Assembly: GCA_002633005.1 (NCBI GenBank)
Contig: NMRA01000087.1
Span: 124,001-188,000, forward strand
From: Phoronis australis
Lineage: Eukaryota > Animalia > Phoronida
Reading direction: 5' to 3'
Length of the DNA stretch: 64,000 nt
The notes under the pieces were generated by a model that was not told the origin of the DNA, ran no database searches, and saw only the letters and a program-made list of their open reading frames with translations. How positions within the stretch are numbered: the stretch's first letter is position 1; each line of letters opens with the position of its first letter. Below, one piece after another: positions 37,601 through 49,074 of the stretch. Both the position numbers and the translations under genes were made by a program.

Positions 37601-40600
37601 CCAATGAATAACAGGCATCAAACTGGTTCCCAAAATGTGGGCATGTTATATCTGATTATTGCCAACTAGTTAATAAGGTACCACATGACCTTAATGGGGT
37701 GATCTAGTCTGCTGACCACTGTATCTTCGTAATGCATATTTTTACATCAGAATGTATACTTTGAAAATGTTTCCGTTTTTGTGAAGAATATTTCCTTTAG
37801 TGAAGCACAGATTTTTTTGGCTTTTTAGAAGTTGCTGCAAAGGTTTAGAAACGAGTTCAGAGGTTGTTAGTAGAGCAAGTCTGCATTCCCTATTTCAGTT
37901 GATTACGCTGTGTACCAAAAGGGGTCACTGATTGATATTGTGGCTAAATGGGCTGCTATGGAATTAATTTTACCTAGTTTCAAGTTGGCTATTGTAGCCT
38001 TGACCTATTTATTGCTGTATGTGGTTTGAATTAGTTCTCAAATTTCCTGTGCATTGTTCAAGCTTAAGGTCGAGAGATGACATGCGTTCTAGATTATGTT
38101 ATCAATTTTTCATTCAGTCCTTTTAAGTCAGTGATCAATTATTTGCTGCCATAATTGTTTAAGGTGTAATCTCCCTAATTAAGGGCACTGTATGGGAGAT
38201 AGGGAACTTTATTTTTTTCATTTTTTCCGTAGATCATCGAGAAAATATTTAGATTATGCTTTTACCTGCGGCGTTAAATACTCACACATTTCAGGTCGCA
38301 AAATTGGGATCTTACATGCAGGTACGGCATTACGGTTCTTCATGAACACCATTGAAAGGCTCTAGTGTGCAAGGCTAGTTGCCGACGTGAAAGTTAAATC
38401 AGTGCTCTCTAACCGACACGTGCATTCGAGTAGCTAAGTTTGCAATGTGAAAAGGGTGAAAATACTCATTGAAAAAGTATCCGCGATTTTGTCAGGTCTG
38501 ACCTGCTTTGATGACTGTCTTTAAAGTCATTAAAGATAACACAGAACGCAAACTCCCTCCACTTTTGGTTTGCATCCTAAACTTACATGTACTGATCTAG
38601 CAACTTAACGTTTGAAATATATCCTGTCGAAAAAAATCCGTGAAACGTTGCACTAGCCCTATGACGTATTCAGATGCGCGACAACAATTCAGTGTAAATT
38701 TCACTACCAAGTGTGCTACTTTCCACGTAATGAAAAGCCTCGAAATAATTCCTGACTCCGTGCTGTTTCCATCGGGTAATTCGAGTTTGCTCCTCAGTAC
38801 CTTTCGTGTATGGGAAAAATAGGTCCGTCACAAAACGATACGCAAGTCACTAGTGTTAACTTTCTTTCAGAGGTATAAAACAAAGCCATGGTTTGGTTTT
38901 TACCTATTGAGGAAAGACTTTTTTGAAAGCTGAATTTGTTGTTGTGTGAAATGAAAGTGACTCATGAAATAGGCTGTGTGTCAATTTCAAACCACGGGGG
39001 GTGTCCAGGGACGGTTCCAGGATTTTGAGTTGGGGGGGCAGGGCTGACATTCGCTCCTCGAGCTTCCAAATGGAATCTGGGAGAATTTTAGGGGGGCCAT
39101 GGCCCCTTGCCCCCTCCCCCCTAAATCCGCTGCCGCTTACGTAAAGTTAATGAGACTGGACCAATTAATGGGCTTTTTTGCACAGTTGCCGAGTCAGAGA
39201 AATGAGTTGTTGTGTCACGTGACCATCAGGAGGATGTGCTTATAAAATTAGGTCGCCTGGCATAGGTGTCAGTGAGTGATTGAAACGTAGAATTATTGCG
39301 GAGGAAAATGCCAGCGTAAAAGACAAGACGACATTTAGAACTGGCTCGGAGAGAAGTAAGCGATGAAATATCTGTACTCGGCTAAGATGTGTGTTCAAAT
39401 TTCCAAGTAACTGAGTAACTTTTTTAGAGTTCTCTAAGCTGCTCTACAGCCGGAAACCGGCGGGACGGCCGACAAGGCGTTCTCTCAAGCAATCGCATTT
39501 CTAAAAAATAATTCACAGTCTTAGTTTAATGTTTGAGTATCACGTACAATCCTTTGTGAACCCTACGGATAACGAAGGGCAATATTTTAACGCACACAAA
39601 TCATCTCCCAAGTTCAACATAACACCACTGTCAGAACTGAATAAGTCACGGTATCACTCCAGTAACCTTCAGAATTTATGCCGGAGTTATTTACTTGAGT
39701 ATAATGCACGTGCTGAAGTTTATAGCATTGTTTCTCAATCACTTTCCACTATTAACTCTACGGTCGAAGCACACATAACTATTAGAATTAAAAAAATACA
39801 ATTAGTACTATATACTTGCGGTTCATGGCAATAGGGCCATCCCGGATTACACCAGCGACACTTGAATCTGGCTGTATTTACCCAAAATGCTGTAAACATT
39901 CGTTAGGCACATTGGCTGCCTTGTTTACGAGCCATTGGGGGTTTCACATGTTATTAATTCTTAACAGATTTTTTTCGGTTGCATTACTCTATTTGTTCTT
40001 CCTTGTCTAACGAAGTATTAAGTTTTGTGTTGTGGACTGCAACACCGGCGTGAAAAAGTTTTACAAACTGGACAAATACCCGTGGGTGCGTCATCTGAAA
40101 TTCTTTGCCTTCCCGACATTAATGAGAGACACGAGAATGTGCCTGATTTCAAAAACTAGATCACGCACTTTCTTATCTCCATAATAACGGCGAATAAAAG
40201 TTATCTATAAATGTACAAACATCCTGTTGAGTGACAATATCTATCAAGTGCAGTTTTCAAATGCATATTCTAGGCTACTGTTACTGAGTGCAGAAGCTTG
40301 TCAGTTTGCGTTCTTTCCAAGAATTGTTATGAAAAAATGCTTGGAAAACTATTCCTCGACGTTGTTATTCTCAATGCAGAGTAAAGAATCGTTACCAGAT
40401 AAATACATGCAAGGTTGGTTACAATAAATTCAACCGACATTACAACAATCACATTACAGATTACACTCTTTTCAAGAATCATCATTAAAAATGCTTGAAA
40501 ACTCTGCAGCGTAAAGAATTGTTATTGGATAAATACATATGTACACAGACGTTCTCTTGTACTACACAAGGTTGATTGCATTCAATTCAACTGATATTAC

Positions 40601-43600
40601 AATAGTCGCGTTACAGTATTGCGTTTTTTTCAAGAATCATCATGAAAAAATGCTTGAAATGCTATTCCCAGAAATTGTTCACAATGTGAGGTAAAGAATT
40701 GGCAACAGCTAAAATTAAATACAAGTGTACACGGTCACAAGCGTTCTCTTCTACTTTGCAAGGTTGGTTACATTTAATTCAACGGACTTAATAGTAATGA
40801 GCATTAAGAACGTGACAGTAAGCAACGTGCCCTAAACTTTATTAACCTAAATTTGAAGAAATGCGAGCCCATAGCCAGGGGGGTTCGCAGGGGTTCGATC
40901 CAACGCGGAAAAGATCCAACCCCAGCCTCTCCATTAAGGACAGCATATAGGTGGACAACAGCAGCTACTGGTACCATTGCTAACTACAAGGATAACTAAT
41001 TTAGTAATCATTCTAAATTTGCTTCCCGTTCAATGCGCTTCATGTAATTATCGGGTCGCACCCGGCGAACTTCGCCCGCGTGTTGCTTCATAGCTGACGG
41101 GATTGTCCAGATGATTAGAGGAGGCTTTATGTTATTCATCAGCATTGACCGCACGTGGTGGCTACACCATAGGGTAACAAGGGAGTCAAAAGTATTGTTG
41201 TGACCCTTCAAATTGTTGTCCTAACAAAGCAAAAAAAGCATGTACCAATTACATTTCTAAAATTTTTAGAACACTTATGACCTGCATAACAAGTCACCTG
41301 ACCCAAGCTCAATCAGTACATTTTGTTCCTCGAGCAATTCTTTGGGAATCTCTGAGAGCAAACGGTGGTAAGCAGGCCCACTCTGTCAAAATTCAGCTGC
41401 CTTTCCGTCTGCAGTGAACCATGCGTGCACCCAGGGGGGCCTTTTGCGACTTGATACGAGCTGTCAAAAATCTCAGCTCTCATTTCCAAATTTGAGGTTG
41501 CAAATGCGACCTACAGCTCGTTACGTTGAGCCCTGTAACACCAAATTAATACATCATCTGTTCTAAAGTTCTATGCCATGGCTGGCTTCAAGCAGTATGC
41601 TTTATGGGCATTCACAATGTTGATAGCCATTAGAAATGAAAAAAAAGACAATTATTTTGTATGAAATTAATGAGATTTTACGATATTTCAAATTTTATTT
41701 TTTTGAAAGTTGATCTTCGTAACTGCAGGATCTACCCCCTCTGGAGGATCTCAAGATAACTGTGGAGGAAGATGAACCCCTGCAGCTGGTGGGACACATC
41801 AAGAGTGTCATTGGAACTCTGGGTAATTTAATGATGTCCTACTCATAGTTCAAATTTTGTTAAGAAAAATCATGTGACGAGGTCTCCACATGAAATGAAA
41901 ACGTGCAACATACAAGTAAAACCCTGGTGTCAGGATTTATTAAAAATGGTCTGGGAATAAAGGTTGTTTTATGATTGAGGAGTTTGGCAAGAATTCAACA
42001 TTTTCATCTTAACAGAGACTTTTAGCATCAGGACATTATCTTCGTACACATGATAGGTTATTGTCGTCACGAATTTTAAACATGAGGTTGCAAGGATTGT
42101 AAACTATTAAAAGTAGTCATATTGAGCGCTACTTTGCCAGGTCAAAAATACTTCAAAGTAACACAGAATAAAATGAAGTTGTTTGTTAAGCTTAAAATAA
42201 CACTTATGAGCTGCATTCTGACCACAGTATAACCATACAAAACAAGAAGTGTTAATTTTGATTATCTTACTACTTGTTTTTTGCAACTGTCGTAAAGTTA
42301 AATCAAACATTCGACATTCGCCACTGTGTGAAGCGGGATGTCCCCAAGTAGTCATTACATCAACAGCACTCGATATACCTTTAAAAATTTATTTATAATT
42401 AACGTGCTTTAGGTATAAGCAGTTATCAACTGCAAAAATTTTCTTGCATAAAACTTGGGTCAGAGCCACTATGAGCATGTACATACAATATTGTATGTCA
42501 AGGCAGTGTTGATTGCTTCATTTCAGTTGTGATTGAAGGCATTCGAGACCTTCCTGCCCTGAACCATGACACCATGTTGTTCTTAGAGGACCGGACCAAC
42601 CTCGGGGCTGTAAGTTGACGAACATTATGTCTGTTGCCATGGTTAGTAGTCTGCCCGCAAGCGACCATTCCAAGATTTGTAGAATGAATCCTGTCAGCAA
42701 AAGCGTGAAATGACACTCATTTGCCGAGACCTTTTATGAATTTTAGTAAACTTTCCTCGAAGTTGATGAAAAATAATTGCCATTGTTGGAACATTACAAA
42801 ACTCATTGCATTATTAAAAGTGTTCTGGATTCCATTTTGTGTTTGTTGCTGACAACTGAACAATTTAAACTCTCCATAAAATGAAATATTTTTTCCTGTT
42901 GATGTTTTAATATTGAATATTTGATGAAATAAAATTCACTGTTTCGCCATGTAGTATTCTAAATTGTCGAAACTACCATAACAGGCACTACGGAACAGTT
43001 TGGCAGATGCTGAAGACTGCATTTTGCCTGGTTCAAGTGGAGAGGAAATACACAAATGTATTCTCTAATTTTCAGGTTTTTGAAGTGTTTGGCCCTGTGG
43101 CTAGTCCCTATTACACCGTCAGGTTTAACGCCCCGGAAGACATTGAGCGGAAGAATCTCCAGGCGGCGTTGAAGATCTACTGTGCACCCAAACGCGAAGA
43201 GTACACACACTATGTGTTTGTGGAGCAGCTTCAGCAGTGAGTGACTTGAGTGTTGTTGTGTGTGTGATTATGTAGAAGATGCCTGTAGAGACCTTGGTTT
43301 TCCTCGATGACAGAAACCAGACAGGGTTCACAGAATCCGACTTCTGTCACAGAATTAGAGGTTTTGATTGGAATTTCTATATTTCAGTAGTGGATACCTT
43401 GCTTTTGATTGTTTTGGTTTCTAATTTACTAAATCAATAATATACTGCATCAAATTCAACATATTCTGGCCTCGTATTGATCAACAATAGTTTTGTAGCA
43501 GAATTGGTTTCCACCCTCTTAATAAGACACCAGTATGTTTCATTGTCAAATACAACTCATCCAGCTATGTTTCTTCTCAGTGGAAAAATGAAGTCAAACG

Positions 43601-45770
43601 TGACTATGTTCACAATTTCCCAGATGCCTGATATATAGGAGAGATCAGGGTCCCTCTTCATATATATATGGGTGACCACAGTCAGCTGGTCGTTAAAAAA
43701 ATTTCTACACTAGACTCTTCCCAACCACTCTATGGACGGTTTCATTGTCTCTGTCATTGGGAGTAACCTTGATGTCACCAACAAAAATGAATTCAACAAG
43801 ATCTTATTTATTATGAAATTCAGACCAAAAATATTTCCCTAAATTGGGTCCCATTAATGTTTTCATTTGCTCTCTCTATGTGCTTTATTTTATGTTCCCC
43901 TGTTTCTCCGTTAGTAGTTTTTCAGTCTTGGAGAGCAAATTTGTTGACGGTCTTTCGCTCTGGAATTCCTGCCTGGCGAAGAGGTGTTTGCACTTAACAA
44001 GCTAGTGGGGGTGTTGACAGTCTTATTTTAGCTGTAGTAAGGGTGCATTTAGTGTATAAAATTGTTTTGATATCTAGTGTCGACAATTCCATTTTGCTAT
44101 GCACAAGGGTATTATTTTTGTAATCACAAAAAACTGCGTGAAATTCCTGTGAATAGAATGACAAGTTTTGTGACCTCGGCGGGATGTAAATAAAAAAAGG
44201 TGTGACAGTAGATATGTCGTGTTTCCACGGGATTCCTTATTACATGTATGTGGCATGTTTGCAGAATAAAGGGCTCTGATGCATCATGGGAAAATGATGT
44301 GGAACCACCCGAGCAATTCGTTGTCTACTCAGACGACGAGCAGGAGAGACTGGCCAAGGCCAAGTTACGTGATCGCGACATGACGGAGGAACAGCGAGAG
44401 AGGAAGAAGCAGAAGAATATGAAGAGGAAAATGAAGTGAGCCGCCATTTTGAAAATGTAGCCTCTGACGCCAGTGTGGTAGGAATAGTCCATTTGCAGAT
44501 TTCTCTCTGATCAGTGGAAGTCAATTGAACAATGAGGGTGATTTTTGGTAGGAAAAATGTGCCATCGTGAACAAGCCGTCGCAAAATTGTTGCTTTTCTA
44601 TAATTTTCTGAAACATACTGAAGGAGAAAATAGTGCTAAGATGCTAAGATGTGGGTTTTGTGCCTTCTGTTGTAAAAGGGACATTATTGGCGAGAAAATT
44701 GATTTTCTTAAGTGAGTGTCAGTGCGGAGTCGAACCTTGAAGCCCCGCAGTTGCTGTCTAACGTTCTGCTGGCGGACCTAAATCCCACTTGATTAATGGC
44801 ACAGTTTTTTTGAAGCGTAATTAGCTGGTAAAGTCACCAGCTGTAATTTCAGTGAATGTCTGCCAGACAACTGTAGTGAAGTAATCAGAAATGGGTACCT
44901 AGAAATGTTAGGTAGGATAAAGTTTGTAGGTTTGTTTCGTGTCTAGGTAGCACCCCAGAGTAAGTGTGCTGTTCTGCAAAATTCTATTTTTGCTTGTAAC
45001 TTCCTTACCAAACACTGCAGGTAGATTATTTTGATGCTTTGCCCCATGCTTCAGTGAATTTAATGGAGCTGCTTTTGCAGTGAATGCATCGAGAATTTGC
45101 ATAAATTATGTAAATTCAGGTAGCCATGATTGAAAATCTTACTTGGTGTGCTTATTGTAGCTGGTATCAGATACCAAAGTCTAATAAACATTGTTGTTAC
45201 AGGAAAACTGAAAAACAGTCACCTGGTGGTGGTGGTGATGGTCAAATGTCTCACGGTCCAAGATGGCCACCGGGTCCTCCCCAGTCCCCTTCCTGCAATC
45301 GCTTGCCGCCAAGATATGGAACTCCACCTCCTTGGATACAAAATAGGCCTCCACCACCACAATGGCCGAGTCAATCATTTGGACCAAGGACCAATATCCC
45401 CATGGCGCCACCGTTTGGTGGCCCACCAAGTTTCGGGCCTCAATTAGGAATGAATGTTCCTACCAGCACTCCGCCATGGTTGAACAATGACCTTTCGATG
45501 GCTGCGAATCCGTGGACTCAGCCACCGCCACCGCCACATGTGTCTGTGCCCCCTGTTGGGCCAAGAGGAACATTACCTCCTTGGTTGATGGGGAAACCTA
45601 ACCCTAGCTGGGACCAGCCTCCTCATAGTGGCGTTCCTCCACCCTGGCAGCAGGCACCTCAAGGTCCAAGATCCACACCCCCAGTCTGGGGTCAACCACC
45701 AGTGCAAGAGAGAGAACCGCAGGGAAGACCGGCAATTATGGACACAAGGTTTATAAATAAGATGAACTGA
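34690..45770 (+). CDS. NAF1: H/ACA ribonucleoprotein assembly factor NAF1, 7 coding exons, ~582 aa
   Basis: Exons 34690-35145, 36859-37074 (S/D-rich), 41729-41822 (DLPPLEDLKI), 42527-42609, 43076-43236 (VFEVFGPVASPYYTVRFN, Gar1/Naf1 domain), 44265-44435 (KGSDASWENDVEPPE...YSDDEQE) and 45203-45770 (Pro-rich tail). Phases are consistent; total 1749 nt. Confidence 0.93.
35328..35525 (+). repeat. Direct duplication, period 104 bp
   Basis: GTTTCACCTGGCTGGCCTATTTTTGAATG...CCATTTTCCG at 35328 and 35432, nearly identical. Confidence 0.85.
37091..37690. mobile_element. Old Kolobok-like MITE (600 bp) with a nested palindrome at 37548-37670
   Basis: TTAA at 37087-37090 and 37691-37694; degenerate TIRs GGTTACATCGGACC / GGTACCACATGACC. 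Confidence 0.65.
40305..40790 (+). repeat. Degenerate tandem repeat, about 3 copies of ~160 bp
   Basis: Recurring blocks CAAGAATCATCATGAAAAAATGCTTG, GTAAAGAAT and CAAGGTTGGTTACA..AATTCAAC. Confidence 0.75.
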
Positions 45771-46113
45771 AGTGTTTAAAGGCGATGGCAACCTTTTTCC
45801 ATGTCATTTTGAGCTAAAATAAGGTTGGTTGGTTATCCTAGACATATTTGCTACTTAATTACAGCTTTTCGTAATTTTATAGCTTACTCGTCCGCTACTC
45901 CGGAAGTGACGTTTTAGGAGGCAAGCGTTTCCCGCCACTTGGTTTTGCGTTGACTTTACCGTGCGAATCTGTTCTATTCTACTTTTGTTTTGTGCTGTTT
46001 TTCAACAATTGTCGCCACCACTTTCCATCGACAAGTATTCTGCGGCAAGATAGGTTAGTAGAGAACTCAACTACGTTGGATTTAGGGATTGTTTAGTGTG
46101 TTGTAAGCTGAAA

Positions 46114-46236
46114 ATGGCTGGAGTCGGTGACCCGTATCAAAGTGACAGTAGTGTGAGTGACGGAGACCTTGTTCACAGCAGTGGTGGCGAGGAATTTTTT
46201 CACGGACATTCAGTGGGTGGGTACATGTTTGAGCCC
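46114..46236 (+). CDS. N-terminus of a KolX-like Kolobok accessory protein (runs into the gap)
   Basis: AAAATGG start context; MAGVGDPYQSDSSVSDG...VGGYMFEP, an acidic/Ser leader followed by the Y-x-FEP motif; opposite strand to the THAP ORF, as in Kolobok. Confidence 0.65.
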
Positions 46237-46439
46237 NNNNNNNNNNNNNNNNNNNNNNNNNNNNNNNNNNNNNNNNNNNNNNNNNNNNNNNNNNNNNNNN
46301 NNNNNNNNNNNNNNNNNNNNNNNNNNNNNNNNNNNNNNNNNNNNNNNNNNNNNNNNNNNNNNNNNNNNNNNNNNNNNNNNNNNNNNNNNNNNNNNNNNNN
46401 NNNNNNNNNNNNNNNNNNNNNNNNNNNNNNNNNNNNNNN

Positions 46440-46618
46440 CACACACGGTAATTCTCCACTGCTTTGTACGTTGCGTGGACGGGTAACGCTGCGTTCTTCA
46501 CACGAACGAGCCAAGTACGGCGAAGTGTGTCATCCATCGGAAAGCGATGCAAAGGTACTCCCAAAGCGCGTGTGAGCCGATAATTAGTACATTCCGGTAC
46601 GCAGCAACAGTGTGGCAT
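46440..46618 (-). CDS. THAP zinc-finger N-terminus of a Kolobok transposase (runs into the gap)
   Basis: MPHCCCVPECTN...LHRFPMDDTLRRTWLVRV...YRVC matches the THAP pattern M-x2-4-C-x-V-P-x-C...F-P...W...C(xxHF). Confidence 0.85.
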
Positions 46619-47030
46619 ATTGACTGACAAGTAAATGAAAGCAAACGACGACGGAACTTAACACAACCGAGGTAAAACAATGACTGACTCGGCAGCTCTC
46701 ACAGTCAGACTATATGAAAAGAAATTGGCGCGAAATGCTTGCCTCCTAAAACGTCACTTCCGGAAGAGCGGACGAGTAATTAATAAAATTACGAAAAGCT
46801 GTAATTAAGTGGAAAATATGTCTAGGATAACCAACCAACCTTATTTTAGCTCAAAATGACATGAAAAAAGGTTGCCTTCGCCTTTAATGTATCTGTGTTT
46901 AGCTTTCAAATGTGGACAGTGTTTCCTAATACCACAAGAACGACATCTAGCACTGTGCAACTTGACAGGTGGACTTATGTTTGTGGACCTCAGTGCGCAT
47001 GACTTGGATACAGGTGGTTTTGTAAAATGT

Positions 47031-47036
47031 AATAAA
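47031..47036 (+). terminator. Candidate native NAF1 polyadenylation signal
   Basis: AATAAA followed by a T-rich tract, about 150 nt past the transposon end. Confidence 0.5.
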
Positions 47037-48645
47037 TCGTATTTTGTTTTACTTGACGCCTTTCCATCTTGAGTGATCACCTATTTAATGTGCCATTTTT
47101 GAAGTCATGGCCGAAAATAGTTTGTTTCCACCCTCATGTGAGGGTCTAATCTTCTTCAATGAACGGATTTTGTGTGTCTTTGTGACTGAGATCTATAATT
47201 AGGTCGTAAACACCAGAGCTGCAGTCCATGGTCCCTAGCCATTCTAGGAGAAAATCAAAAGAAATCAAAAAATCACTCTAGAGGTCATCCTCCAGATTCA
47301 GCTTAAACTTTGTGTATGTGGTGGTCGTGGGATGGCTCTGATACAAAAATCACCAATTTTGCTGTTATTGATCTGGTAATTTTTTACCTTCAAAGGTTCA
47401 GGAAGAAAATGGCATGCTTTTGCAAATCGAAAATGGCAATTTTCCAATATAAAAAACAGATTGCATGTTATGAGAGAAAACACATAATGGGATTAAGAAA
47501 TGGGACATAAGAATTGCCAAAAAAATTAATAGTAATGATTTTGCTGCATTCATCACTTGACAGGGGAAAGATCCTAAGGCACAATTTTGTAGTATTGAAA
47601 GTGAGTGTCACTCGAGTTCTACAAGCCAGTTTGGGGGGGTGTGGACATTGAGAGATATTGGATGTGTGAACAAATTCAAGACATCTCTGGAATCGGCTTT
47701 TTCATTTTTTTTCTAAAAAATACCCCAATATTGGGTGTTCTATACTTTTTAAACACTTTTATAACTTGATTACATTTAAAATGATTTTAAGAAGAAATAA
47801 TTAACGAGAATCAACATTTTAGATAACATTATGCTTTCACCTATTGAGTGTCTTATTACAGTCTATAACTGACCGTGGGTCAGAGGTTACGCAGGCACAG
47901 GTTACGACCTATTTGCCTTGAGCCAATATCCAAAACGGTTGACGCTCTTAGAGACAATTTTTAACCTGGCACGAATAATTCATGTGATTTTTAATGAAAT
48001 ATTCGATTCGTGAACTATTTCAAAGCAATTTAGCTTTTATTTATAAACAATTCTCTTGAATTAAGAATTCGAAACTATGAAGCGGACGAACCGAAAATTA
48101 TTTTTTGACTTAGAAGACAAAAGTCTACACCACAGGAAAGGCATCGATGAAAAAATTATCAAAGTAGCATCGTGCGTTCAAAAGTTATCGCTAGTTATGT
48201 GTCAAATTTTGACTCAATTTTTTATCAGGTCGGCCATCTTGGATGTCAGTGGCATAGGTTTACAACTGAATGCTTAAAAATTATTTTCACAAATATTCTA
48301 AAAGAAAAAGTTAGTGACATATATAGGGTACAGTTTAAACATATGAACGGTTTCTTGGTGTGGTAGCACAGGTTAGACTCATTCGAAAACAGGCATGTAA
48401 ATAATATTAGTTTTTGGCCAAGTTAGAAGTATAAGAAGTGGAAAACAAAAACGGCTCTCAACAACATGTAAACGACGTTTCGATATTAATCAAAAGTCAT
48501 TCTCGGGTACAATAGTAGACTCGCGTTAGGCCAGTTACACACATGAAGTTAATTAGGTGGTGACATCAGTGGTTAAATTCTACTTAGACAGAGGACAGTG
48601 ATATAATTTACAGTTAGTGGATGACATGAACCAACCTGGTCTGGT

Positions 48646-49074
48646 GACTTACGTTCCCCATGCAAAACGTTAGTTGATGACGTACGTGAATTATGACTGA
48701 TTAACGTTCCCACGGAAAACATTAGTCGGTGGCATGAATCTGTTATGGAAAACTTTGACTTACGCTCCCCACAGAAAAATTAGTTGATGGGATAAATCCA
48801 AGCAGGAAAATTCTGGCTCAGTGACTAACGTTCCCCACGGAAAACCGTCGTTGGTCGATGGCATGAATCTAAATTCTGGCAGACGAACATTCTCCAAGGA
48901 AAACGTTTGTCGACGGCATGAATCTCTACAGGAGAATTCAAACTAACTGTCCCCACAGCGGAAACCCTTAGTCGATGAAATGAATCTATATTGGTGAACA
49001 ATTGGTTACTAATGTTCCCCACGGAAATGGTTAGTCTATGGTATAAATCTACACTCATCTGGTAAACGTTAGTC
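48646..49074. repeat. Array of 7 (plus partial) degenerate stem-loop repeats, period 53-66 bp
   Basis: Consensus GACTAACGTTCCCCACGGAAAACGTTAGTC-GATGGCATGAATCT plus a variable linker; units start at 48646, 48699, 48757, 48823, 48882, 48941 and 49007. Confidence 0.85.

Larger units (their letters stand above)
45780..46883. mobile_element. Kolobok DNA transposon with ~160-bp TIRs in the NAF1 3' UTR; interior hidden by N gap 46237-46439
   Basis: TTAA at 45776-45779 and 46884-46887; TIRs 45780-45940 and 46723-46883 (AGGCGATGGCAACC... / ...GGTTGCCTTCGCCT); convergent THAP and KolX-like ORFs. Confidence 0.9.

Noticed and set aside
38180-40830. Large TTAA-flanked transposon in NAF1 intron 2
   Set aside because: The region looks repeat-derived and starts TTAA-GGGCACTG, but I found no matching right TIR or TSD, so no boundaries can be supported.
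44715-44790. tRNA gene (B-box GGTTCGACTCC on the - strand; similar weak boxes near 18135 and 24850)
   Set aside because: No cloverleaf could be built; at most decayed tRNA-derived SINE heads.
45126-45770. Stand-alone 214-aa proline-rich gene
   Set aside because: It has an in-phase acceptor at 45202/45203 and is the last NAF1 exon.
47190-48380. Non-autonomous DNA transposon downstream of NAF1
   Set aside because: Composition is repeat-like, but the ends do not form a convincing TIR pair.
48646-49074. True CRISPR array
   Set aside because: Repeats are degenerate, linkers are short and related to each other, the context is eukaryotic and there are no cas ORFs. Kept only as a hairpin array.
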